Assembly (NCBI GenBank): GCA_002269645.1
Contig: NIVC01001422.1
Span: 124,001-188,000 of the forward strand
DNA length: 64,000 nt
Source: Macrostomum lignano
Lineage: Eukaryota
Direction: 5' to 3'
Part shown: piece after piece, positions 1-13,164 of the stretch
Layout of the letters: each line of letters starts with the position of its first letter
Numbering within the stretch: position 1 is the stretch's first letter
Position numbers and translations under genes: made by a program
The notes under the pieces: model-generated
The model's database searches: none
Told to the model about the DNA's origin: nothing
What the model saw: only the letters and a program-made list of their open reading frames with translations

Positions 1-400
1 AACCGGGTCATGGATAGAATTGGGTGATGGATAGAATCGGGTCATAGACAAAGTTGAGTCATAGACGGAATTGAGTCGTAGACGGAATTGAATCATAGAC
101 GGAATTGAGTCATAGATGGAATCGGGTCATAGATGGAATTGAGTCATAGACGGAATTGAGTCATAGATGGAATCGAGTCATAGATGGAATTGAGTCATAG
201 ACGGAATTGAGTCATAGATGGAATCGAGTCATAGATGGAATTGAGTCATAGACGGAATTGAGTCGTAGATGGAATCGAGTCATAGATGGAATTGAGTCAT
301 AGACAGAATTGAGTCGTAGATGGAATCGAGTCATGGAATCGAGTCATAAATGAAATCGGGTCATATAACGAATTGGGTCAATGACGGAGTTGGGTCACAG
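1..400. repeat. 17-bp minisatellite, consensus GAGTCATAGAYGGAATT
   Basis: Tandem copies are directly visible from base 1 to about 400. The unit is homologous to the reverse complement of the 20-bp array at 895-1550. Confidence 0.9.
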
Positions 401-491
401 ACGGAATCAGGCCAATGATAGAATTACGGCAATATGATCGGGGCCAAACCACTGGGCCAGAGACAGAACCGAACGATCACAATCCTTCCGG

Positions 492-1655
492 CTACTCAGC
501 AGAAAAAGTCTTCTGAAACGGCGGCAGCAGGGCGGCCAGCCGCAGCTCCAGGTTGGCCACTTTCCACAGCCGATCGGACGGTCCGGCCTCAACGTGTCGC
601 CGCACGCGGCTCGGTTTCGAATTCGGCATCGATTTGGTCGAGTCATCGGCCAGAAAAATCATTCGGCAGATTTTGGAACCGTTGGCCAGGCTGGCGACTG
701 AGCAGCCTCCCTGCAGGCAGGCGGTGGCGCACTTGATCTCGGACCGGACTCCGGTCACATTCAGCTCGAAGCTGCTTGTCACATTGTCGATGAGTACCGA
801 GTCCGTTCGGATCAGCTCGGTCTGGTTCACATTGGAGCCGGCGCTGGCGGCTGGAAATAGAATCAGCTTCCAATTGTCAGATGCGCATTGTGGCACTCCA
901 TTTGGAGCCATCAATGACCATTTGGAGAGATCGATGACCGTTTAAATCCATCGATGACGGTTTGGAGCCATCGATGACGGTTAGGAGCCATCAATGACCA
1001 TTTGGAGCGATCGATGACCGTTTGGAGCTATCGATGACCATTTGGAGCCATCGGTGACCATTTGGAGCTATCGATGACCATTTGGAGCCATCGATGACCG
1101 TTTGGAGCCATCGATGACAAATTTGGAGCCATAAATGACAATTTAGAGCTATCGATGACCAATTAGAACTATCGATGACAAATTTGGAGCCATAAATGAC
1201 AATTTAGAGCTATCGATGACCAATTAGAACTATCGATGACCAATTCGAGCTATCGATGACCAATCGAAGCTATCGATGACCAATTGGAGCAATCGATGAT
1301 CAATTGGAGCTATCGATGACCAATCGAAGCTATCGATGACCAATTGGAGCAATCGATGATCAATTGGAGTCATAAATGACCATTTGGAGCCATCGATGAC
1401 TAATTGGAACTATCGATGACCAATTGGAACTATCGATGACCAATTGGAGCCATCGATAACCAATTGAAGCCATCGATGACCATTTGGAGCCATCGATGAC
1501 CATTTGAATCCATCGTTAACAAATTGGAGCCATCGATGACCATTTGAATCCGAATAAATTGGTTGCTATCTGAAAAGTTCGGTCGGTCCGGCCAACTCAC
1601 CCAACGAGCAGCAGCAGAACAGCAGCCGCAGAGCCACGCGTGAACTTCTCATCAT
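492..1655 (-). CDS. Small secreted PAN/apple-like domain protein (2 exons visible; may continue left of the window)
   Basis: Exon 1 (1655-1601) encodes the signal-peptide-like MMRSSRVALRLLFCCCSL and has a phase-1 donor G|gtgag. Exon 2 starts at 850 after tttccag and stays in frame: AASAGSNVNQ...EIKCATACLQGGCSVASLANGSKICRM (C-x3-C-x4-C-x10-C, typical of a PAN/apple core), stop at 492, 137 aa. A 1-nt indel at about 516 would instead extend the exon to a donor GCC|gtaatt at 428. Confidence 0.6.
895..1550. repeat. 20-bp minisatellite, consensus TTGGAGCCATCGATGACCAW, filling an intron
   Basis: Tandem copies are visible and lie within intron 851-1600 of the PAN-like gene. Confidence 0.9.
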
Positions 1656-2024
1656 TGAAAATTTCTTTCCTTGCATAAAATTAATGAACGAAATACAGCA
1701 GTAGTGGAGGCGCCTCTGTCAGCGGAGTGTTGCTTTTTATGCTAAATTGTGAGAGCTGGTATTGTACACCCGTTGAGTGCACCCCGTAAGAAGTGCTGCA
1801 TGGCTACTTCAATTAGAAAGCTTCTGGCATCTCAAAGGCAGCTACTTCAATTCCAAACGTGACAGATGAATGTTTGCCATCATTTTAGAGTAGCCTGATA
1901 ATCTCCTTGTCTTCCTTGTCAATAGCCCATGAAAAACTGAATGAGATCTGGTGTGACTTCTCCATATCTCCCCTAGCCTGTTGAAATAACAAATATTAAT
2001 TCATAATTGGAAAGCAGGAAAGTG

Positions 2025-2352
<328 letters not shown>

Positions 2353-2435
2353 CCAGGCAAAATTGTAGCTTCTGGTATAATGGTAGCATTTAGGAAATTT
2401 CCACGAATATTCATCCTCAGTAACTCCCACGCACG

Positions 2436-2801
2436 GGGGGCCGTAGCCCAGCGGTAGCGCAGCTGCTCTGGTGTGCCAGAGACCCAGGCTCGATTCCAAG
2501 TGCAGTCACATAAATTTGGGGCTGAATTGGAATCTCGGCTTGGCTCTGCTCGTGCAATTAACGGCCTTGAGGGCCAAACCCCCCAAGGCGCAGTGAAGTG
2601 TACATGCCTAACGATAATATAAAGTTAGGGCCGCTGTACACTCCTGTGTGAGTGTGTGCCTGCGGACGTATCCACGCGCTTGTATGCCTGCTCAGGGGAG
2701 TCGGCGGAATGGGCAGTAATGCCTCTCGCCGGTTGTGTGCCTATGTCGCTTAAAGTGCGCCAGGGTGCACACAACCCCCCTGCCTCTAATAAAAAAATAA
2801 A
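2436..2801 (+). mobile_element. tRNA-derived SINE, family B
   Basis: 5' GGGGGCCGTAGCCCAGCGG (A-box) ... GGCTCGATTCC (B-box-like), followed by a non-tRNA body and an A-rich tail AATAAAAAAATAAAA. Flanked by an imperfect direct repeat AACTCCCAC(GC)ACG at 2422-2435 and 2802-2813 (TSD). Confidence 0.75.
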
Positions 2802-3861
2802 AACTCCCACACGTACAATCGTGAAAATGGAAAGTTTTACAGGTGTGTAGAAATTCAAAAGAAAGAATTTTTTCATTGCCGAGGTTCAGGCGACAGACAG
2901 CAGCTTTCAGAACTGTGTTGCGCGGTACCAGCATCCCAGCTGCAGCTAGAGCTCACTTCATCTCACCTCAATTCTCCCTTCGCTGCATTGTCTGTCCGCG
3001 TCTGCCTCTGTCTCTCAAGCCGCTCTCACAAGGATTCTGCCGCCAATTTATTGCCTTGGGGTAGGCATTTTACTGCCTGCAGGAATGCAAAAAAATAGAT
3101 TAATTCTGTCAGGGAGTTCCCGATAGGAGACCGCCAGACACCGCGCTCGCTATGTTGTACTGTTTTTACAATTTGGGCCTATAGAAATTCGTTCATTTCG
3201 AGCATAGCTACATCTTTTGCTACGAAATAATTTTCTACTTAAAAATGATTTCTTGCCAGAGGCCACAAGAGTGCTTCGTGGTCGGTCTATCTGGATCTAA
3301 GAGGGCCATGTTTTAAGTCATAAAAAAGTTCTCTATCTGGTTCATTGTATATTTAGAGCCAACCAATGCGTGTAACTGTGCGCGCACTGGAGCAGCCCGT
3401 GATATCGATGGGATGAAAAAGATGTAAGGGGATGGGTATTGAGCTCCCTAAGTCTGCCTTCCAACTTAGGCCTCTGCCCTATAAAGCCTTTAGTTTTAAT
3501 GTTGATTTTTTTAAAAACTCCTTGCGTATTTTTAATTATTAAAATTTAAATTCATGTACTACTAACCATGCGAGTAGTTGTGCCGCAAAATCGGTTTAAA
3601 TCTATTTATTCCTTTATTACAACATCAAAAATAAAATCGATTTTTAAAGAAGTTTGTGAATACATGCATGTTTTTTTCAAGTGTTTGAATGTTCTCATTT
3701 GAACATCATTGTCAAATTCTGTATCTTTAAGACTACAAAACTACTAAGTAATAAGCAAAGCAACTTGACTTACTTGACTTAGCTGCAGGGCTGTCCCGGA
3801 GGGGACACAGCGGGAAGGCGCGGGTGCCCATTCCGCTAGTCCCTGAACGGCCGACGCGTCG

Positions 3862-6800
3862 CTATGGACGGAGGGTTGGCGCCGCCCAGGGAGGTCCCCC
3901 AGTGTCGCCAGCAGCTATGGTGCTCTCTGGAAAGGAGAGTTCAGCCCTGCGGGTGGCCCGAAGGTAGCGCATGAGCTGATTAAAGTTTTCGGGTTTGCAC
4001 GCTTCAGTAATAGATGTGTGTGGCCCGAGGTAAGTGAGTCTGGACCGCGTGAAGGCGGGACAGATGCTGACGAAATGCTCAGCGGTTTCGTCACCTGAGT
4101 TGCAGAAACTACAGGTGGCGTTGGTGGCGTTGCCCTGCAGGTACTGGTGCCTGGAGAAGCAGCCGTGACCAGAGAGGGTCATGGTGGCAGCCCGGATGTC
4201 TCTGCGCGAGAGGCGCAAGAGGAGCTTCCGGAGCTGGTGAGAGGGCTGAGGGACAGCGCCTCTGGATTGCCTGCAGTTCGTGCGGTTCGCCCAAGTCGAG
4301 CGGTGCTGAGTCCTGATCCACGCTTTGATGCGTGAGTCGATGACACAGCCAGGAATCGGGACAAGAGGTTCGGGGCCGAGAGAGGAGCCGGAGGCACCAA
4401 CTTTTGCAAGGGTGTCAGCCAACTCATTTCCTCGGATCCCCACATGCCCCGGAACCCACTTAAGGGTAATTTTGTTGGCGGAACCCAACACATTGAGGAG
4501 TTTGATACAGTCAAGGACTGTAGCAGAGTTGGTGCTGCAGCCACTGATGGCGTGCAAGGCAGCTTGGCTGTCCGAATGGAAAATGATGTTCTTACCAGTA
4601 ACGCCAGTGGCGAGAAGCTCTGCAGTGCAGGAGCTGATGGCCAGAACTTCATTTTGGAAAACACTGGAGTTGACCCCAGTGTATTGAGCGTGGGTAGCGA
4701 TGACCCTCCCGTTCAGAAAGATTCCAACACCAAAGCCGGTGTTGGCTGACTGCTTAGAACCGTCGGTGTAGCAATGAAGCTCACCAGGGTTCCAATGGTC
4801 ATTGATGTTATCGCGCGAGTCGATAGCTACGGAGTAGCGCTGTCTCAGGTTGAGCGTTGAGGCAATGCCATCGGTGAAGACGCGATTGGCCTGACACTCG
4901 TTGAGAAAGTTGAGGCACAGATCGCTATGCGGGACAAGGTTCCGCTTAGCAGGTGCTCTCATGTAAATGAATTTGACGCCGGCATCAATTAGACGCCGCG
5001 TCGTTCTAGCCGCCTCACCCCTGATGAAGAGGTCAAGAGGCGGAAGATTAAGGAAGGCCCCCATGCCAGCAAAGGGCGTGGACCTGGTGGCGTTGCAGAT
5101 GAGCCTACACGCTCTGCCTTGGATCGTGTTGAGCAGGTCTGCATGGCTTTTGACCTGGGTAGCGCTAACCCAGACAACAGAGGCGTACGTAATGGCAGGT
5201 CTAACTACGGAAGTATAGATCCACCAAAGCCGCTTTGGGGATAGACCCCAAGAAGTGCCAAGTGCTCGTCGGAGCTGGGCCAGGATGGCTGAGGCACGCT
5301 TGGCTTTTGCTTTCACGTGGAAGGACCAGTTGAGCCGGTGGTCAAGTGTGACCCCGAGACATCTGGTCTGGTGCGCGAAGGCAATATCTCTGCCGTAGAG
5401 CTGCAGAGGACGTATGTTCCAGCGTAGTCTGCTGGTAAACATAATGGCAACGGTTTTGGGCTCAGAGAGTTCCAGACCATTGTCATTGGCCCAGGATTCT
5501 GCTTTGCGGATAAAGCTCTGCATCAGATCCCTGAGCGTGCTGGGAGACGGTCCTGCCACAATGGCCGTGACGTCATCAGCATACCCGACTTTGAAGACGG
5601 GGTCGGGTCGGGAGTCACTCAAAAGAGCGTCCATGACCAGGTTCCAGAGCGTCGGGGTGAGGACTCCGCCTTGGGGTCCACCCTTACAGACTCTGGTGGA
5701 GGCAGTTTGCCCAAGAAGTTGGGCAGTGACCGTACGGTTGGAGATCATGTACATGATCCACCGTATGAGGGTAGCATGAGCTTTGCGATTTTGAAGGGCC
5801 CTCTGAAACGCTTCAAAGATAACGTTGTCGAAGGCGCCAACAATGTCAAGAAAGAGAGCCAGAGCGTAACCGTCACCCAGTACCGCCCTTTCAATCTTCT
5901 CGACAATCGCATGCAGGGCGCTGTCAGTCGACCTCCCGGTACGGAAGGCGTGCTGATTATTGCTGAGGGGCATCGCTGTCAGCTCGCAGGACAGCAGCCG
6001 CCAGAGAATAAGCCTCTCAGTGAGCTTAAGCATTGCTGACGTTAAGCTAATAGGCCGGAAGGCCTTGACGCTTTGGTAGTCACCCTTCCCAGGTTTGGGA
6101 ATAAAGACTACCGAGCTTCAGTCCAGCATTTGGGAACGTATCCCAGCTGGATAGAGGCCCGCATAAGATTGCGGGTGAGTCTCAGGAACGAGGGTATCTT
6201 GGCTGCTTCACGAAGGAGAACAGGGTAGATACCATCAGGTCCAGGAGATTTGAAGGGTTTGAAGGTTCTGACCGCACGAGCGATTAGGTCTTCAGTGACA
6301 ATGCCCGCCGCTAGGGTGGCTCCATCCATCGAATGGTTGGGCTCCGGTCTAGCAGTAGGTACCCTCGGGAAGAATGTGCTAAGCATATGCTGAAGCACTT
6401 CTTCAGGGTCTTTAGTAAGAGAGCCATCATCTTTTTTGATCATGGCTAATTTGGACATTTTGTCCATTGTAAGGGCCTTGACAAGCCTAGAAGTAGGTCT
6501 GTCTTGATCCAATTCATTGCAGAATTGGCGCCACTTACATTCCTTGGCCTTGCGCACTTCAGATTTGAAATTGCGGGAGGCTTGCCGGAAAAGCTCCATG
6601 TCCTCCGGGTTTCCGGTCTTCATGGCACGGCGATGAAGGCTTTTGGCCTTCCGCCTGAGTTTCCCCAGCTCCGGGTTCCACCACGGCGCCGAGGTCTTGC
6701 CTTTGTAGGCGCGAGCAGGACAAGCCGCTTCGTAGGCTTCAATAATGCAACCTGTCAGCGTCTCAGCCATATGATCCACATCCTCGCAGGTCTCAATCGG

Positions 6801-7601
6801 ACGTAAGTCCGTGAGTTCCTGCAGGTGCAGATCAAGGGCAGCCTTGTAGGCCGCCCAATCAGTGTTGCGGATATTGCGTCTCCAAGTGATCGGAGACTGG
6901 GTTTTAGTGTCCGCGATGTTAAAGGCGATAAAGCAGTGGTCAGACAGGGAGGGCTCCTCAGACCAGACTCTCCACTCCTCAACTCTGTCAAAGAGTCTTG
7001 GGGTAACGAGTGTGGCGTCGAGGACCTCGGTCCATCTGCCATTATTAAAGGTAGGAGTGCTGCCGCGGTTGCAGAGCATGAGGTTTGTGTTAGAGATGAG
7101 GGCCAGAAGCTCCTCTCCTCTAGTGTTGGTATCTTTGCTGCCCCAGTGCTTGTGGTGCGCGTTGAGGTCGCCCCCTAAGCACAGCTCAGCGTTCTGGGAC
7201 TCGCAGTACTGCGCGAGGCGCAGTAAACTCTCAGGAGCAGGGTCTCTGTCGCCTGGGATATAAACCGAGGCAACAAGACACGTACGCGGAGAGAAATGAT
7301 TAGATTGGATGACACAAAGGTCTCCATCAGAGAGATCAGTCCTCAGCCAAGCCTGGAGATGGCTAGCAGCGAGGATAGCCGCTCTAGGGCGGCTGTTCCC
7401 CGGGCCACACACATAAAAATCAGAGTAGCCAGAGGGAATGTTGGGCAACTTACCGTTGCGCATCCAGGGTTCCTGGATCAGGATGAGGCCTGGCCTGTAC
7501 AGCTCAGCAATCTTCATCAGATTTACTGACGCAGATACGCAATGCTGTAAATTAATTTGCAGACAGAATGTCGCTCCTTTGGCAGCGTGGAGCTTAGTCA
7601 T
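3862..7601 (-). CDS. Retrotransposon ORF2 (AP endonuclease, reverse transcriptase, RNase H, CCHC finger), split by a 1-nt deletion at about 6111
   Basis: APE motifs QINLQH, LIQEPW, GGDLNAHH, SDHCFI. RT motifs PGPDGI, QHAFRTGRST, PQGGVLTP, YADD. RNase H motifs YTDGS, SDSQAAL, WVPGH..IRGNELAD. C-terminal CSFC...HFVSIC. The sequence reads GCT CGG TAG; restoring one G gives the canonical WTEARVVFIPKPGK...FRPISL and joins ORFs 6108-7601 and 3862-6033. Confidence 0.92.
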
Positions 7602-7640
7602 ACTGTATTAAATGCAATGTATGGCTAGAGCCCAGGGCCA

Positions 7641-9146
7641 TCAAGGAGACTTGGACAACAGATCGTCCTCGTCCCAGGCCGCTGGGGCTTGACTGGGAGA
7701 TGGGAGTTGGTCGACGTCCATGGCCTCCTCACCCCCACCGGCCCCCCCAGCAGAGTCCTCAGGCTCCGATGACAGGATGGAGGAAGCTTCCTCACCTGCA
7801 TCTTTACCTTCAGACCCCACCAAGGTGGCCGAGGAGAGCTCGGATTCCGAAGACCCGGCCTCGTCCTCAACTCCTTCTCCGACTGGCAGGTTTGGTTCCC
7901 GGGGCTTGGCCGGAGCCGTTACCGCGGTCGCCGAACTGCTGCTAGCAGAGGGGCGAGATGCAGCTTTGGCTTTGGGATCGGCTTGCGCCTTTCCTTGGGC
8001 CTTAGACTGCGCCCCGCTCTTGCCGGAGATGCCGGGGTTGGCAGTAGCCTTCCCTTTGGCAGACTTTCCTCGGCGCATCTTGAGCTTGAGGGCACCCAGC
8101 TGGAAAGAGGATCCATTAGGGTACCGACTCGCCCAAGTGCTGGAAAGGCCGAGGACAATTGAGTTGCCCGTCTCCCCCCTGCGGACTTTACGGTGATACA
8201 CCAGTCCACTAGCAGGGAGGTCGGGGTTCAGACGCAGTAGGACCCGGCGAATAACGTCTGGTCCAGCTGCGGTGCTCTTAGCAGGGACGAAAACCACATA
8301 GGGTATCGTCTTTGGACGCTGGCCCTCGCGAAGAAAAAGAGCTCCGCCAAGGTCAGCATCCAAGGAGACCGTCGGTAGCCGCTGGAGCAGCCGCCGAGCG
8401 TCCTCCTCGCTGCTAGGAGCAATAAGAACGAATGTGCTTCGCAGCACCATCCGCTCAATGCCGATGGAGATTCCCTCCTCGACAGTCAGCTCAATCAGAT
8501 AGGAGTCAACAGCACTCCACACTTTTTGAAGCTGATCAGTGGTCCAGTCCTGGTCGCGACCTTGGATGATCACTCCCGGGATTTTGGCCTTGGCCTTCGC
8601 CGCAAAGGTAGCTCCCGAAGGAACCTCCTTGTTGGCAGTGGCCATTTGTTGCGCCGTGGTTTCGGCCTCAGCAGCCGCGGCAGCAGCTCCAGGGAGCGCC
8701 GCCGCTGAACTACTGGAGCTTCCACCGGCCGGCCCGCCTGGTTGCCTTGGGACTCCAGTCGCTTCAGCATCCATGGTGGACGCCGCCGCTTTGGCCCCCG
8801 CAGCTCCCTTCTTGGCCTGCCTTTTGGCGCGTTGTTTAGCGCGTTTGCGCTCAAGCCGAGCCCGCTGAGCTTCATCGGATCTGCCAGATTTGGCCGGTCC
8901 TTTAGGCTCAGAGCTCGCGGTTCCCTTAGATCCACCAGCGGAGCTGGCAGGTCTTTGGGTATTATGAGTTTGGTAGCTCTGGTCGGATCTGCCAGCAGAG
9001 CCAGCCGGTCCTTCCTTTGCCACAGTTGAATCAGTCGGTTGGGATCTGCCAGCAGGGCCGGCCGGTCCTTCGGACTGAGGTTGGGGTTTAGAAGGGTCCC
9101 CGTCCCTAGAGTTAGCTTGATTATCCATAGACGGCTCAAAGGCCAT
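7641..9146 (-). CDS. Retrotransposon ORF1 (about 501 aa from the first ATG), low-complexity termini, DUF4780-like core
   Basis: Long open frame immediately upstream of ORF2. The central segment TFAAKAK..VIIQG...VFVP...RVLLRLNPDL resembles LOA-type ORF1. No CCHC knuckles seen. Confidence 0.8.
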   Translation of the reverse strand: MAFEPSMDNQANSRDGDPSKPQPQSEGPAGPAGRSQPTDSTVAKEGPAGSAGRSDQSYQTHNTQRPASSAGGSKGTASSEPKGPAKSGRSDEAQRARLERKRAKQRAKRQAKKGAAGAKAAASTMDAEATGVPRQPGGPAGGSSSSSAAALPGAAAAAAEAETTAQQMATANKEVPSGATFAAKAKAKIPGVIIQGRDQDWTTDQLQKVWSAVDSYLIELTVEEGISIGIERMVLRSTFVLIAPSSEEDARRLLQRLPTVSLDADLGGALFLREGQRPKTIPYVVFVPAKSTAAGPDVIRRVLLRLNPDLPASGLVYHRKVRRGETGNSIVLGLSSTWASRYPNGSSFQLGALKLKMRRGKSAKGKATANPGISGKSGAQSKAQGKAQADPKAKAASRPSASSSSATAVTAPAKPREPNLPVGEGVEDEAGSSESELSSATLVGSEGKDAGEEASSILSSEPEDSAGGAGGGEEAMDVDQLPSPSQAPAAWDEDDLLSKSP

Positions 9147-9421
9147 GATAAAAGGTTGGTGGGCTACCCTCAAAGGGGCGCGGTACCCACCCGGCCGCTC
9201 CACCTGACCGGGCAGTAGGCCAATAGCACCCTCAAGGCTGGCCCGACACCAGGAGGGGGACCGCTTGCGACCGGACTACTCCCCGGCCTTCCAGCCCATC
9301 GGCACGTTCAACACCTTAGGCATTAGAGAGTACGTTGAGCAGTACCACGGCCTGCAGGTTGGCGAGCCAGACCCGCATACCCAAATTCGGCCGAAGCCAC
9401 TGGATAGGGTCGCCAGCGCCG

Positions 9422-9667
9422 GAGCCCAGTCTGTCCAGCAGCCCTAGGGACTGCCTTGAACACACGCGGGGACGAGTACCCTGGGTCGACTTGCGAGACA
9501 GCGTGGGGGGGGGGGGTCTGCGGCTGCCAGAGGCAAATAGAGGGTGCAGACCTCCCACCAGCCTTGACCTGCTGAAGATAGGGGCAGGCGTGAAGCATCG
9601 CAGACCTTAGCCCATGGGCCTAGTCTGTCTCATACTTCACTGGCATGCTGAATACGCCTTCGCGTGC
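9422..9667 (-). ncRNA. HDV-like self-cleaving ribozyme at the retrotransposon 5' end
   Basis: P1 GCACGCG (9667-9661) pairs with CGCGUGU (9468-9462), including a G1-U wobble. P3 GGG/CCC; L3 UACUCGU; P1.1 AC/GU; P4 hairpin 9459-9434; J4/2 CAGA; P2 CCCA/UGGG. All pairings were checked by eye. Confidence 0.8.
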
Positions 9668-9840
9668 AAGCAAAGCAAACTTCTTTGCTCTTTATGCAAA
9701 TGCAACTAAAAAGTTGAAAAAATTAAGTAGACCATGTAGGATATAATCATTCACAAGTAAAACAAGCAATTTTGGTGTCCGTGCTGATCCATTTTAAATA
9801 TTATATAAAACCGTAATGCTGTCTACTTACGAGTAATATA

Positions 9841-10600
9841 CGTTGTTCGGTGTTCCGTAAGTTCTGAGCCTTCTTGCCCTAGCAAACGAACACAGTCACT
9901 CAGAGTCTTCAAAATTTTCACACTTCTCGACGTAGTCCCCTGTCAAGTCGACACACTTCTTCCAACGCAGCACGAGCTTGCGAAGGCCGTCATCGTCAGG
10001 CAGGTGAAATGGTGACCACGGAGTGACTTTTTCATTGGTCCGAAGAGGTGATAGTCGCTGGGTGCCAAATCTGGTGAATAGGCAGGGTGTGGAAGCAGTT
10101 CCCAGCGCAGATCGCCGATTGTTCTCACAGTGCGAGGCCTGGCATTGTCGTGCTGAAGGAGTGGCCGATTTTCAGCAAGTTTTTGGCGAAGCGGCCCACT
10201 TAGCAGGGTTGATTCGAGGAAATCAATGTGGATCACGCCTTCGGTGTCCCAAAAGACAGTGATCATTGTCTTCCCCGAAGACGGAGCAGCACGGCCTTGA
10301 CTGGGTGACCTTCTTCTGGCCAGCGCCACTCACTTGACTGCTCCTTGGTTTCTGGATTGTAGTGTGGAAGCCAGGTCTCGTTCACAGTGATGATGCGTTG
10401 CCAGAATGCCTCGCTGTACTTCTCGACCAGAGTCAGCTTGCACGTGTCAGAACGCTCATGCTTTCTGGTTGATGCCCAACAGTCGAGGAACCCATCGTAA
10501 TGCAGAATTACGTGAACGCGTGCCACACCGATGCCACAGAAGTCAGCGAAGTCAACCGTGACTCGCTTGTCCTCCATCACCAGCTTGAAATCCGTATTTA
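9841..10600 (-). mobile_element. Degenerate, 5'-truncated mariner transposon
   Basis: Fragments ITVNETWLPHYNPETKEQS, TMITVFWDTEGVIHIDFL, QHDNARP, HPAYSPDLAPSDYHLF, interrupted by several deletions. A TIR-like end followed by TA lies at about 9839-9865. Confidence 0.85.
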
Positions 10601-11295
10601 GACACCCCTTATTTCAAAAAAATCGATTATAACACTAATTGCTTCAATTCAATTAGCTAATTATTGAATTATATATGAAAATGTTGCGAAAAATAAAACT
10701 CCTCGCTCGCAATTTTGAAAGCGTTCCAATTTTCATCTAAAATATTCCTGTTTGTTATAGTCCAGTGTGTAAAATTCTCGTTTTTAATGAATATTACGAT
10801 CGTATACAAACAGGATCTCTCTCTCTCTATCTATTTCTCAATTGCCTGTAGCCTAAAATACAAAAGCCCTGTGCGCTGTTTAGTACCAGCTGAAGCAGAA
10901 CGGAGTTTTAAAGCTGACGGTATAAATGACGCACTGCGTGAGTAGCAGAGCGCGGAGGCGGTGGCGGGGTGGGTGGGGGGTTGGGTTGCTGCACCTCCCC
11001 AGCTCACTCGAGCTGACAACCAGCTGGACTCAGAGCGTCCAATGCCTCGCCAACCCTCTCACAACTAAGAGGTCCGATCGACTCCTTCGCCTCTTCCCCC
11101 TCCCAATGCCGGAAAACGAAAAACCCGCATAGTTGCGTTTGCCTAAGCAAAATTAACCAAGTTTGAAAAGCCAACAGCGGAGCGATCGAAAGACGGAAAA
11201 AGAAATTGCAACTCAAGGCAGCGAGGATCCTGCTGAGCCCGAGCTCAGCCTAAGAGCAGACAATCGACCAAGAGTCTTCTGATGAGGAACTCGGC

Positions 11296-13102
<1,807 letters not shown>

Positions 13103-13164
13103 GCTGCCGCTGACTTGGAATTGACCACATCTGTTTTTTTGGGAAGATTTTTTTTTCGGAAAAG

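Larger units (their letters stand above)
3764..9667 (-). mobile_element. Full-length non-LTR retrotransposon, I-group/LOA clade (ORF1 plus APE-RT-RNaseH-CCHC ORF2)
   Basis: TSD AAGCAAAGCA(A) at 3753-3763 and 9668-9678. The 3' tail is (AAGTCAAGT)2. Two ORFs with the expected domain order; structured 5' UTR and 3' UTR. Confidence 0.93.

Noticed and set aside
6090-6125. Programmed -1 ribosomal frameshift in retrotransposon ORF2
   Set aside because: There is no X XXY YYZ slippery heptamer. The break is in the middle of a normally continuous RT-proximal motif and is explained by one missing G.
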